From Carcharhinus amblyrhynchos (Eukaryota): 64,000 nucleotides of DNA. The DNA lies in contig OZ336874.1 in NCBI GenBank assembly GCA_965287045.1, forward strand, positions 62,992,001 through 63,056,000. Reading direction: 5' to 3'. Both the position numbers and the translations under genes were made by a program. Numbering within the stretch: the first letter of the stretch is position 1; every line of letters starts with the position of its first letter. Under the pieces are notes generated by a model. That model was not told where the DNA came from. It made no database searches and saw only the letters and a list, made by a program, of their open reading frames with translations. Shown in pieces: positions 1 to 12,967 of this stretch.

Positions 1-562
1 ATTCAACTGGTCAGGAAGAAGGAATCTCGCCAGTTGTACTGTGTCCAGAACCACCAACAATCCTAGAAGTCAACATGTCCCCCAAAAGCACAATGGAACA
101 TTTACCATGGCAACAAATGCCATGGGAATGACACTCCCTGGAGAGGGAACATCTTTCAGATGAACAGCCAATGTCAACACACACTTATACCATGAAAAGA
201 CTTGCATGATTTAAAGACTTCATGTGCAATGCAGGTGTGGAGACTGAGTTGTCATGCAAACACTTGTTAACACGAGAACAGTGGGTAACGCAGTCACACA
301 TGATTGCTCACTTTGATTGCTCACTCATGATTGCTTAACTTTTTTTGATAGGAGAAGGGGGTGTTTGTATCTGTGCTCGATCTGAAAAGGAGGATGCTGA
401 ATTTGATATCTAATCAGTTCTATGTGTACTTTCAGCTTTCTGCAGTCATGTGATCTCTACCATGACAAAATTGTGTGGACAAGGCCACCTTAAGATCAGT
501 GCAAAGATCTGCATTGAAGAAGCACTGAAGAAGCTCTGCCATCTTTAAACACAAAACACATT

Positions 563-679
563 GGCCAGAATTTTGCTGCCCTGCCTGCCATGAGAATTGG
601 AACAGGGGAGGGATGAACCATGGGAAGGTCCATTGAGCTTTTACAGTTTCGGGATGAGCGAGGCTGTGAAATCCTGCCC
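563..679. mobile_element. short Harbinger-type MITE
   Basis: Imperfect terminal inverted repeats GGCCAGAATTTT...GAAATCCTGCCC; internal similarity to the copy at 15227-15362. Confidence 0.6.
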
Positions 680-1647
680 ACTGCATCTGCTCCACTTAGA
701 CACTTGAAAGGCCTGAAATAGTCATTTCTCTGGGATTAAGGACCCTGGGGGCATAAGTCTCATCCATTAGGGGTTGTTTGCCAATCAGGGACCATCACCC
801 CTATTGATCATCAGCTCCAAGGAAATTGAGGCTGCTGTCAAAACAACATCCACCCAAACCCTGGCTGGATCCTTGGCCAGGAGCAAGTGATGTCAGGAGA
901 GGGTGGGAGAAGAGGTTGGCAGCCAGGGCAGTGGGTAGTTCTCAATGAGCCTACATACCACACCACCCTCCAACCACACCCCCCTACCCGCCCCGGTCCA
1001 GCTTTTGTGATGGTGGATCCCCCAAACAGCTTTTGAGTACCTTTAAGCTCACTGAAAATGGGAATATGGGTGGAAATACCAAAATCCGGTTGTGCCTGCC
1101 ATTTTTAAATAACTCCAGTCCATATCCGCCTCTCTAATACAAAGAGTGAGTGGGCTTCTCCCAACTCCTTATACCTATCTCCTTGGATGAAATTCCAGCC
1201 CATATTTTCTGTCTGATACTGTTTAAAGAGATCTATTACTCTACCATCCTCGAAAAGTTATTCTTGATAAATCCAGAAAACTAGAACCAAACATTCAATA
1301 TAATTCAGCCCAACACCTAATTTTAGCACCAGGAAGAAACAGGATTTTTTTTGTCCAACACTGAAAGGCCTTTCTTTTCAAAAGTCCCCTTTTTGCTTTC
1401 TTAGCCAGTAGCATTTCAAAGTACTCTTAAACTGTCAATTGTTAGACCACACAAAGTGGCTGAAGCAACACTGCCAAAAACAAATCTGAGCTCTCTAAAG
1501 CATTTCAGTCCTAAGGGTCCAAGACATGCAGAGTGTACAATAGGTGCAGAGCCACAGCAAAGCTAGGAAGATATTAACACAAGAAATTCCAAAAGTCCAA
1601 GTCAGTTCATTGACAGGTGTACGGAAATATACATTTCAGTGCTTGAT

Positions 1648-1791
1648 GGGTGGGATTTTCCAAGCGTGCTTGCCCTAACACCGCAAAATCCCACCTGAGG
1701 TTAGCAGACCTTTGCATGGCCTGCAACTGCGCCCCCCTCCCCCCCAGCCCACTACAATTCCCGTGGCGGGTGGGATGGGAAAATTCTGCCC
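1648..1791. mobile_element. short Harbinger-type MITE
   Basis: TIRs GGGTGGGATTTTCC...GGAAAATTCTGCCC; internal AAAATCCCACCTGAGGT is the reverse complement of 15300-15316. Confidence 0.7.
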
Positions 1792-2023
1792 CGTCCTCAA
1801 TTTCATTACTGCAAGTTATCACCCTCGCTAGCTCATTAGATTTTCTGACTGGAGACTGAATTACAACGTGGCAATTTGCATGATGTTAAGGGGCACTCTA
1901 TTGTACATGCGTGTGCACCAAACATGCACACTCCATGAAACGGTATAGGAAAATTTTGACCATTGTCAGAAGGCTATGTTTTTATAAAAGAGGTGCTAAC
2001 ATGAAATTTATTAATAAAACAGT

Positions 2024-2705
2024 CTAAGATTTTAACTATCCTGGCCCAGCAGGAATGGGCCAGAAGGACAGATATTTAAAATGGCAGTTGGGCACTAGTC
2101 ACTGATACCAGTCTGCCACCATTTTAAATGCCAGGTTTTCAATAGCATTGGGGTTGTCTTCTCCAGGCAAGTCAAAACTTCATTCATATTTACTAGTTAG
2201 GGTCAAATGAGGTTATTAGATCCTGATGCAATTTTAACTCCCAATGGCAGTGAAATTCAGTGCTGGGCCTGCCAATGAAAGCAGGCAGGATGTTGGCTAC
2301 AAAGGGTCCAGCTGTGTTTTAATACATTTTTTCACTAAAAAGAATGCACCTCCAGACCCACAAGAAAACTTTGGACCTTGATCACCTCTTCCAGGCTCCC
2401 CTTCCATTCTCCCAGCTGAGATTGACTCCAGATCCAGTATTTATTCACCACGACTGCTGCAGACTATTCTGTCGGATCCCAGACCATGGCCTCTTGCCAT
2501 GCAAGATTGCACTTACACCTATTGGCCACATGCTGATTTCCACCAGCTGCAGGTAGAAGTCAGCCTTGAAACATAAAAATGAAGGCTCAGAGTTGCAATC
2601 TACAAGGCCTCTTACTGTGGGGAATGGAAGAATGAGCAGGAAGGGTTGAGGTCATAAATTCTGCTGTTCATCCTAACACCTGCACATATGGAGTTAAAAT
2701 TCAGA
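2024..2705. mobile_element. old non-autonomous DNA transposon remnant, possibly Harbinger-like
   Basis: Degenerate inverted ends GATTTTTAACT...AGTTAAAATTC; no coding capacity. Confidence 0.35.
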
Positions 2706-3209
2706 TTTGTTTGAATAATCCAGTATATCGAAAATTTTAAATATTTTATCCCTTCACAATACTCAGCAGGACACGTAGAAACTTCATCTCACTTTATCAA
2801 AAAAAAATCCATTGGCAACTAGAACTGCAAAATTGCTTTTTTATTGCACAACGTCAAAACCTTGGGCCATGGTGGATAGTGTACAAAGGTCCCCTGCATG
2901 CCCCTGGAATGCGAAACAGGAGATTTTCCCAGTCATATGCTATGCAAACTAATGTCTGCCAAAAAAATGACTGGAACTGACACAGGCCAGAGTAAACAAT
3001 CCAGTATATCCGATTTCAGGGTTATGTAAGAACCAGAGACTAGTCGCACTGCACCCTTCAGCTCGTAAAGACAACAGGGCCTCTCAGTCGTGCATTACTG
3101 AACAGCAGATTTGTTAACACTTTCAATTCTGTCTTATGCCACAAAACCCGAATTAGCACAGATGCAAGTTGAGAACGAATAACAAACTACTATCAATACC
3201 AATAATAAT

Positions 3210-5778
3210 CAAACTACTATCATAAAAACCCACCTTGTTCACTAATGCTCTTCAAGGAGTAAAATTTGCTGGTCTGGCAGTATGTGACTTTAGACCACAG
3301 CAATTTGTTTGACTCTTAACGGACCTCTAAAATGCCTCAGAAAGTTACGCACCTTTCTTAGACCACTACAGAAATGTTTAATCTTAATAAAATTAAACTG
3401 GCCACCTGAAATCAATGGAGGCACCAAAATTAACAATGGCACACTGAGTTCTCTTGATCCTGAAACATCTGGGGACTTGTTTCAACATTAGGGAGCTATC
3501 CCACAGACTAGCCAAGCAACAACTTAACAGTCATAATCACAGGAACCTAGCTTTCAGCTGTTGTTCCAGAAATGTGCATTGACGTTCCTGAATTTGTCCT
3601 ATCCCACTAGCTGGACAGACCCACAAGAGGTGAGAGCAAAGTGGTGTCTAGTCAACTAGGACATTGTCCTTGATCGCACGAAGACTCCAAGTGTTAAGTC
3701 AAACATGAGCAAGGAAACCTCTTGTGAATTACCATCTATATTTCCCACTCGATTGATAAAGCAATGTTGAAAATGAGTTGAGGATAGCAGAGGCACAAAA
3801 TGGACTCTGGTTTAGACATTTCAATGCCTTCACCAGGCTACATCCTGAAGTACATTACTCCCAGTCTGACTGATCTTGTGGAAAGTGAGGAGATCTACTT
3901 GACTTCACCCTCACTAATTTACCTGCCACAGCTACATCCGCCCAAGGAAGTCCTGGTAGGAATGACCGGCACACAATCCTTGGAGACAAAATACAATTTC
4001 ACACCAAATAAATCCTCCATCAGCAGCAAATTGTATTCAACTGCAATTTGTGCATTGAATATTCTTCGTTTTGCCATTATCATTGAAATAAAGTCCAACT
4101 GTAGCTTAATGAAGAGTGTAGGAGTGCATACCAGAAACAGCACCAAGTATATCTATAAATTAGATATCAACCTGGTGAAGCTACAACACAGAGCTACATC
4201 CATGCTAAATAGCAGAAGTAACATGTTATAGACAGAACCAAGTGATGTGATAACTACAGATCAGATCAAAGCTGTGGAGTGTTGGACAATTAACAATGAA
4301 TGGGAGAAATGAAAACAGAAAACTTTACCTCCAGCAGCATCCGCGGAGAGAAAAGCAATGTCAATGTTTTGAGTCCATTTGACTCTGCTGAAGAAGCTAT
4401 TCGAGTATAACTATAATACTGGCATCTACCTTATAATGTGGAAATTTCCCAAATATGTCCCAGCCTCAAAAAGCAAGACAAATGCAATTGAATAATTACC
4501 ATTCCATCAGCCTACTCTCAAACATCAGTTGATGAAGTGATGGAAGATGTCCTCAAAACTACTGACAAGGCAGAACTCACTCATTAATAACCTGCTCACT
4601 GACGTTGTTTGGGTTCCACTTGACCACTCAGTTCTTGAAATAATCTATTTTGTCCATGCTTGGCCCAAGACTGAAGCTGAGGTGATTAAGACTGCTTTTG
4701 ACATCAAGACAGCTTTTGGCCATGTGTAGCATTATTGAAGTCAATGGGAACCAGAGAGAAAGCTGTCCACTGTCGAGTCATGCATAGCACAAAAAGGAAG
4801 ATATTTGTGGTTGCTGGAGGTCAAGACACAGCTTGAGGAATTCTTCAAGTTGTGCCCTGGGCCCAACCATCTTCAGCTGCTTCAATGATTTTCCCTCTCT
4901 AATAAAAAAGGTCAGGGAAGGGGATGTTACTGAAGAATGCAGGGTCTTCAATTCCATTCACAACTCTTTAGACACTGAAGCAGTCATGTCCGTATGCAGT
5001 AAGAGCTGGACAATATTGAGGCTTGGGCTGATAAGTGACAAGTAGTGCCAGGCATGCAACACAAGTGCCAGGTAATGACCATTGCCAACAAGAGAACCTA
5101 ACAGCTCTTTTTGACATTCAATAATAATACTACTACCTATTCCCCACCAACATCATTCAGGGGTAACTACTCATCAGAAATTTAATTGGACCAGCTATAT
5201 GTATAGTTCAGCAACATAAGCAGGTCAGAGACTGGGAATCCTACAACTCTAGTAACTCAAATTTCTAAATGCTTTCCACAACCTACAAGGCATGGTAGAT
5301 GTACAATGAAATACTCTCCAGTTGCCAGGATGAATGCATTTGCAAACACTATTCAAGAAGCTGAACACTGCCCATGACAAAGCAATTTGCTTGAATCCAT
5401 CACCTTTAACATTCACTTCCTCCACCACCAGTGCACAATGTGTACTATGCACTGCAGCAATTCGCCAAACCTTCAACAGAACCTTCCAAACCTGAAACCT
5501 CTACCAGCTAGAAGAATAAGGCAGCTGGTTCATTGGAATACTGATCAGTTTCCAAGTTGATACACAGCCATACACCATCCTGACTTGGAACTGTCACTAT
5601 TCCTTTATTATTGCTGAGACAAAATCATGGAGCTCCCTTTCTAACATTATGGACATGTCTATACCATGACAACTGTTACAATTCAAGAAGGCAGCTCATC
5701 ACCAACTTCAAGGGCAATTGGGAATGGGCAACAAATATTGGCTTTGCCATTGATGCTCAGATCCTATAAATAAATAAA
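3210..5778 (+). mobile_element. decayed, internally deleted CR1/L2-group LINE (endonuclease + RT remnants)
   Basis: RT-like fragments TAFDIKTAFGHV (cf. ALDIxxAFDxVWH) and LGPTIFSCFNDFP (cf. LGPxLFxxFINDLP); 3' end AAGGGCAATTGGGAATGGGCAACAAAT...A-rich tail; many stops and frameshifts. Confidence 0.8.
4308..4405. mobile_element. Penelope-like short insert within the LINE
   Basis: GCAGCATCCGCGGAGAGAAAA resembles the reverse complement of the CTCCACAGATGCTGCC motif at 54299. Confidence 0.4.
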
Positions 5779-6721
5779 ATTGAACAATGATAGGTTTGTC
5801 TTGTGAATATAGTTGCACATTGTAGTATTTTCTGAATGTTCTGCTCAGATTCAACAAAGTGTTGTTTCTGGAATTTCTAACCATTGTCAGCAGAAGAAAA
5901 CACATGGAAATAAAGAACTGAATGGTCACGGAACAAGGGGGTCATTTTAACATTTGCCAATAACATGCAATGGGCAATATCAGATCAGCCCCTGTTATAA
6001 ATTGGTCCTGAGTTTACTTTCCATGAAATCAAAAGAATTGGGCAAGATGTATAATGGATGGGTAGTCTGTTATTGCTCTTTGTATACTATTATCTCTCCA
6101 TTTCACTCCCATATCTTGTATAAGTTACTATATTAAAATTTTACAATCTTTCTGGTCCAACATTGGCAATTGTACTGAATAAATGGCAGATTCATACTAA
6201 TTATTTTCTCTGGCAGACAAGTTTCCTGAATGAATAAGAGAAACAAATGCCACACCCAACTACATGTCACAGAGCTATTTTAAAAGCATTTTGCATGCAG
6301 CAAACTAACTTGCTAATTTTATAGCAAATATTAAATGCTATATATTACCATAGGGAGGTGCAGAGTGGAGTCCAGACATTCCTCTACAGGGAGGGGATAC
6401 TAATTTGTTACTTATCCTGGGCAGCTCTTGTTCTAATGGCTGACCAACCACAACATTAGTATATCCCTATAAGTAGGTGTACTACTTCCCTTTATAAACT
6501 AGGGTTGTGCACACCATTGGTAGACATTTAGGGAAGTGGAAAAAAAATGTAAAAATATACAAAGGGCAGCCTTGGTATCATTTCAGAGTTTTTATTGCAC
6601 AAACATACATGATGGTTTTGCCTTGGAGTAGAAATATCTCCACAAATAAATAATCTGAGGTGGTCACATGATCCATTTGGAAAACAAGGATGCTTTGTGT
6701 TCATCATGAACGGGGGAGAAT

Positions 6722-7020
6722 GGTGGCATGAGTGGCACAGTGGTTAGCACAGCTGTCTCAACATCGATTCCAGCCTTGGGGGATTGTGGAATTTGCACAT
6801 TCTCCCCATGTCTGTGAGGGTCTTCTCCGGGTGCTCCTGTTCCCTTCACAGTCCAAAGATGTGAGGTTAGGTGGATTGGCCATGCTAAATTGCCCCTTAC
6901 TGTCCCAAGATGTGTAGGCCAAGGGAATTAGCAAAATGTGGGGTTTTGGGGATAGGGTCAGGGTGAGAGTCAGTGCAGACTCAGTGGGCCAAATGGCCTT
7001 CTGCAAAGTAGGGATTCTAT
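6722..7020 (+). mobile_element. HE1/V-SINE-like tRNA-derived SINE, CR1-type tail
   Basis: Head GTGGCACAGTGGTTAGCAC, core TTTGCACATTCTCCCC...CCAAAGATGTG, tail GGGCCAAATGGCC...GGGATTCTAT. Confidence 0.9.
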
Positions 7021-7140
7021 CTGATTCATTACCCTGTTTCTAACCAGTCCTGTCCAATAGTGACTTTATCCTCCTTTGAGGGAAAAAAGGGGTTTGCTGG
7101 TTCTAAAGAAATTTTAAGTTTCATCCCTGGGACATTTTTT

Positions 7141-7420
7141 AGTTTAGTTTATTTGTTAGTGTCACAAGTAGGCTTACATTAACACTGCAATGAAGTTACT
7201 GTGAAAATCCCCTAGTCACCACACTCCAGCACCTGTTTGAGTACACTGAAGGAGAATTTAGCATGACCAATGCACATAACCAACACGCTTTCGGACTGTG
7301 GGAGGAAGCCGGAACACCTGGAGGAAACCCAAAGAAACATGGGGAGAATGTGCAGATTTCACACAGACAGTGACCCAAGCTGGGAACAGAACTCGGATTC
7401 CTGGCGCTGTGAGGCAGTGC
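7141..7420 (-). mobile_element. HE1/V-SINE-like SINE, alternative tail
   Basis: Reverse complement of the SINEs at 56744 and 57581; tail TCACAGTAACTTCATTGCAGTGTTAATGTAAGCCTACTTGTGAC. Confidence 0.9.
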
Positions 7421-10400
7421 TAGGCTGCTGAGAATAGCAATAGGTTTTATGCATTAAAATAAATGATAAGCACAATTAATGTCATAAAACAATAAGAGTG
7501 TCTTTTGATATTCCATAACCCTGATTCAGTTTGCAGTTTTAGTTGATAGGCTGTGGAAATCATTTCTGGCTAGTCATTTTGACAGATCTTACATAGAGTA
7601 CAACATGCCTGTATACTCTGGTTGTGCCTGAATCCACTTTGCTTTGGACACATTTCATACCTAAATAAGGGGAAATTTAAGCCAATTATTTGCTTAATTA
7701 TCTGTAGTTTCCAAATCCAAAATAAAAAACTGCAAAAAAGAACAAAATGTGTTTCTCATAAGCGTCAAAGTGGTGAACCCTTTGTTAGAAGCTGTAGTTG
7801 ATTGTCAAAACAGCCTCTCATGACAACTGCAAACAAGCATCTGTCAGCTGCTCCATGTTATGAGGCAAGATTATTTTCTGTAAAAAAAATGTTGTGTTTA
7901 GTATAAAGAAGAGGACAGCACTGAGAAATGGACAAGCTTCTACAATTGTGTTTCTTAACCAGAATCTATATTAAGCACTTGTGGATCAGGAATAGCTCAT
8001 ATTTGATTTAGAATGCACCCATGTTGCCCACAAAATGAGGCAATGAATTCTATTAACAAAGGTGCAATACCATCCCTGAACTGTGATGACATCTCCATTT
8101 ATCAAACCATAAGCTAAACTAAGGATACTAAAACACCATTCATCCGAATGCAACTTACAACCTGTAATTTTCTGTTTAGCAATTGTGTAAGGTTTTATTC
8201 GCTCTCTGCAAATTTTCTTGATTACTTTTCCAACTAATGTCACAAAATCCTGCATTGACTCCTGTTCTGAACAGGCATAAATTTATGCCCCAAATTTAAG
8301 GCACAGCAAAACCAGAAGTTGCTCTTTCCAGTGTTTGAGATTTTTCTCTGTTCTTTTTGTATTTCTACTTAATGTGAATTGTATTTTTTACATCTTCTAA
8401 TGTGTTTTATGGCATCAGAATCTGTTAAGTTCTTAAGGAAAACTTCTACAATTGCATTTCTTAATGACGTGGTGCTGAATGTACATAGATAATTGGGTAG
8501 CTTCAAATTATAATTTTCATAACATCAGTAAGATAATGAATGAAGTTTGCATATATTCAACACTTTCCTTTGCTCCAGCTGTTTGCACTGATTTCCAGTT
8601 GTTTTATGTTTGATTTGGTTCACACTCTGAAATGTGCTAAGAATCAATCTTTAGGCACGAGTTGGTGGTGACAAATTTGTGTAGATTTCAGCACAATGTT
8701 GGCTTTAGTCAGTTTGAGCAAATTCCAAGCTTAAAATCACTGCATATAGCATCCATTTAACATTGTTTTTTCCTTTCTCTGAATAGAGAACACATGTGGG
8801 TACAAAGGTAATCAAGAATATTTAACAAATCCCCTGTTCGTTTCAATGACTAAGGACAGCATATTACTGAAATAGTGGAATTGTGGATGGCTGACCTCTT
8901 TGGAAGCAAAGTAAGTGTAGACCAATTCGCTCCATGCCTATCTGCCCCCCAGCCATAATGTGCTGTGGATGGGATATATTGTGCAGTGTGAGACCTGTGC
9001 CCTTCACTGGGGACGGAGACCTGCCCTGGGGAGCTGCCGGCCAATCTGATTGGCTGGAAGCTCCAGAAGTCCTGACACCAGGAATACATTAATGGGCACT
9101 GTGAGGCTGTGAACAGGTTAAAGAAGATGGCACAAGGAGCCATGAGTAAGGCAAGTCTGAGGTATTGGGCACTTTAGGGAGTGGAGTGGATTTTGGCAAG
9201 CTCGCAGATAGGGAGAATGGGGATACTATATCCAAGGTCTTTCTCCCAGTGTGCAAAATGCATCCCCCCCCCCCCCCCCATTGCTAGTACCCTCACCCCT
9301 TTCCTTCCTGCTTTTTAAAAAAAAGCATCCTGTCCACTCTCACCTGACTGCCCACACCAACTGCATTATGGTGTGGCTAGCATATTATCAACATCAGTGG
9401 TTGTTCACAAGCTCAAATGACCCTGAATTATTTAAATATTGCAGAGGGCTGCTGATTTTGGGGCTTGCCCGTGAGCAGGAAAGTGTCCTCTTAACCTCTC
9501 TTTATACTTGATAAGTTTCATATCTTCTACTATCTCTGTTGCCCTGTTCTGAGCATCTGTGCTTCCATGTCTTGTCACATTCAGGGCTGGATACAATACT
9601 TCATCAAGCCTTTATAATGACCCTGTTGCCCATTTTGATTTAAATGCTATGGATCCATTTCACATTCTGTTTGTTTTGGCAACCACTGCCAAGTAGAGTA
9701 ACACTCCAATGGTTGGCCTAATAACAAATTAAATCTTTTTCTTATTGCCCTCTATTTAATGATATATTTTGGAATGAAAATTATATTTCTTTTAATAATA
9801 TACACATTCTTAAATATTTCCGTTTTAATAGCTATTCTTATAGATGTGTCTGTAAACTCTATTTAGCTTTACATGAGCTCAGTTTTTCCTTCCAATTTTA
9901 TGTCATTTGTAAACTTAGACATTATATTTGCAATCCGTCTCAGTCATTAATATTATGAACGGGATGGGCTGCTTGAAAAAGTCACCTAACTGAAGCTACC
10001 AGTCTGGATTTTTCAGTGTCTTCCCAATTATAGGCAGTAATTAGCTGGTAATTATAGTAAAGGAGGCACAAAATCAGTGCACAGAATTCCCACTTACTTT
10101 TGTACCAGTCCAACTCCCTGCTGCCATTTCTGGCAGTCAGCAGAAGTGTACAAAAGCCATAATCACATATTGATGTCCCAAGTCCAGTTCCCATCATTTC
10201 CATCTAATTTGTGCTTAGTCGTAATCACATTACTGTGAAACATGGGTCCAAGTTTTGTAAGCATTACATTCAAGACAGCAATAATTTAAAGTGACAAACG
10301 CATAATTCTTGTCGATTTTTATGGGCTGGATTTAATGAGAATCTAGCTGCAGACGACACAATGTGAATCCAATCCAATTAATTGCTAGTTGACCAATTTA

Positions 10401-10466
10401 TAGCCACCCGGTGATATTGTTGAACAATTGAGGCAGGGGTCCTGTTGAAAAGTGTCCCAGGGACAG

Positions 10467-11284
10467 TGTAATGATATACTTCACAGACTTCATTAGAAAC
10501 ATGAAAGGTATTTATTAATAACAAATACTGTACGGAGGAAATTGGAACAGGGTAATGCTCATTGAAGCCACAGATAGAACTGAGAAGGATTTGGCTAGTG
10601 AGAAGCCAAAAAGATATCTGAAGTGATTCTATGGTTTGTGATATCACCTGTAAAGCAATAGTTGAAGTAATTCTAATTGGTGGTTGGAGGTCAGAGTTTG
10701 TGTAAAAGCATTCAAGATAAAAGAATCCTGAAAGGAGAATCAAAAAAACCTGGAGACTGATCCTTGCTAAAACAATGGAGAGAAAACCTTGTTTGAAAGG
10801 ATAGTTGGAAAACCTAGAGGCAGATCCTTGATGAAAACAGCTGAGAGAAAGCAATGTTTGAAAGAAGATTTATAGCATGTCTTCTTGAAAGTGGGGTTTG
10901 GAAATATATGATAATCTGGGGGAATTTGAGGATAGATCCACATAAGATCTATTGAGTGGTATATGCCATTTGCTTTCAGAGTGGATTGTGTCTGACCCTA
11001 GAGACCCCATGAGCTTAAAAGGGAGTGTGTGTCTATTGAGATCATTTTAACATAAGATGTATTGTGGAACCTGTTTTATCCTTAAAATCCATATACATTT
11101 TTGAAGATAAGGGAGGAGTGATTGTATTATAGTCAAACTTTTCATATGTAATAAATGTTTTTCTGTTGTTAAAAGCTAATTGGGATATCTGTGACTCCAT
11201 ATTTGCAAAAAAAATGCAAAGTTGAGCAAAGCTTTCATTCTAGGATCTTCCTGTCCAGTAGCAATATCAATTGGGTTCATAATA
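10467..11284 (+). mobile_element. probable solo LTR
   Basis: Begins TGTAATGA and ends TCATAATA (degenerate TG..CA inverted termini); AATAAA near 11150; no target-site duplication seen. Confidence 0.45.
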
Positions 11285-11289
11285 ATACT

Positions 11290-12135
11290 CACTATCACCC
11301 AGGATACAGCTATCCAAATGTGCTGCTGGCTGAAGAGTCTTGGCATCTGAGAGAATGTCCCAGGATGTATGAGTCATGACTGCACCCAGGGTAGCACAGA
11401 GCTGCAGATTTCTTTGCCAGTGGTCAAACATAATTAGAAACAGCTCTAGTGGTGAAGGGGATAAAATGATATTGGCGGGATGGGAGGAAAAAGAAAGGAT
11501 CAGGCTATTGAGTTGGATGATCTGCCACGATCATAATGAATGGCAGGGCAGGCTTGAAGAGCCAAATGGCCTATTCCTGTTCCTATAGCTTGATACTTGA
11601 ATGAGTGGGAACATCTTGCAGTTCATGAATGTCCCTGGCTGGCCCATGGGTGCCTTAGTGGCCAGATGTGTGTAATCTATGGCACCTTGGAAAGGTGGCT
11701 AGGGTACCGCTGCCTCTGATTCTATCGATCTGACCAGACTAGTCTACGGTGAATGATGAACTCTCCTGCTCTCCTATTTGGTGTATTTTGCTCTGTGAGG
11801 TGCCACACAAAGCCCCACCAGTTATTTGGAAAGGTGCCCATGGTGGAGAAATTCAGGGCCAGTCATCTTCAGGTGCATTCTTCAAACTCACTGACACTGA
11901 TAGCTATAGGTAGTTGGGCCTCTGCAACTAAGCTCATCCCGTGGACCAAGTCTTCGCCATCCTTGCGCTTGGACACATTTGTCTCGACAGCAGTGTTCGT
12001 AACAACTTGCTCATCCACCTGATTTGCAGGGTGTGGCTGGCCCAGGTCAGCTATTCTCCTCTCCCTCCATCTCCTGGTTTTCCTCCTCAGCTGAGGAGTC
12101 TCTTCCGTAGCAACAATTCCCATAGGCACCTTCAT
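11290..12135 (-). pseudogene. Harbinger/PIF (HARBI1-like) transposase relic 1
   Basis: Minus-strand fragments ALNFSTMGTF, QGAIDYTHLATKAPMGQPGTFMNCK and YPGCSHDSYIL match Harbinger DDE motifs; interrupted by a CR1 tail. Confidence 0.8.
11432..11586 (+). mobile_element. CR1 LINE 3' terminal fragment nested in the Harbinger relic
   Basis: GAATGGCAGGGCAGGCTTGAAGAGCCAAATGGCCTATTCCTGTTCCTAT, a CR1-type 3' end. Confidence 0.75.
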
Positions 12136-12967
12136 TTCAAATTAATCAGTTTATATCTAGCCGCACAAAGGCTGATCCCTGGCTACAAGGTTAAGGAATC
12201 TCTCCATTCTAATACCAACCTTGTGACTGCAGGCCTATGAAATTTGTTTAAAAGCAAAGCTCCACTATCTCAAAGTGTTGTTACAGTGTCAACTGCTGCC
12301 TGCAATCTACGTTAGTGAAGCATTGAAGCTTCATGCCTTGCGTTGAACACATGTTAGACATGGCCACATACATTTTGGGTGCATTATCTTTCTAAGTGCT
12401 TAAACCAAGTCACAAGTGATTGAATTCCAAATATTGGCAGGGTCCTGACTTCAGGGGGGACCACTCACCTTCCATAAAATGGCCAAAAGACATGATGACA
12501 CCAAGATACTGATTAGACGCCATGACACCACATATAACAGATGGAGAGGGTGGCATACATGGCCAATCTGACATTACTAAATTCAGCCCTCTGGGTTTTG
12601 TTTTCCGTTGTTACCTACTCTGTCTTTACACCAATAGAGGAAAAGCTACCATTTGCCTATCTCTTTTTACATTAAGCAACATTGTTGCCATTTGGAATTG
12701 CCCTGTCCCTCTTGGAAAAAAACAAGAGAGTAATTAACAGTACATCAGAGTATACAGAAAGAGCCACTTCCACCTACATCAACAATGTCAGGTAAGGCTT
12801 TACTTTCCAGAAGAGCTACAAGCAGATTGGAAGACCATCTGCACACATACACGAACACATGCAGAGGTCTGTCAATGGTCATTAGGACATCAACTACTCT
12901 TAATTTATTTTGCCATGGAGTCATTCTGGGATGTCACCAGAGACATTATAACACAAAGCAAACAGCT

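Noticed and set aside
1-365. Possible 3' end of an LTR retrotransposon (purine tract GGAGAAGGGGG before TGT) and a 3x TGATTGCT tandem at 301-338
   Set aside because: No convincing integrase motif or LTR boundary; the tandem is too short and has no spacers, so not CRISPR-like
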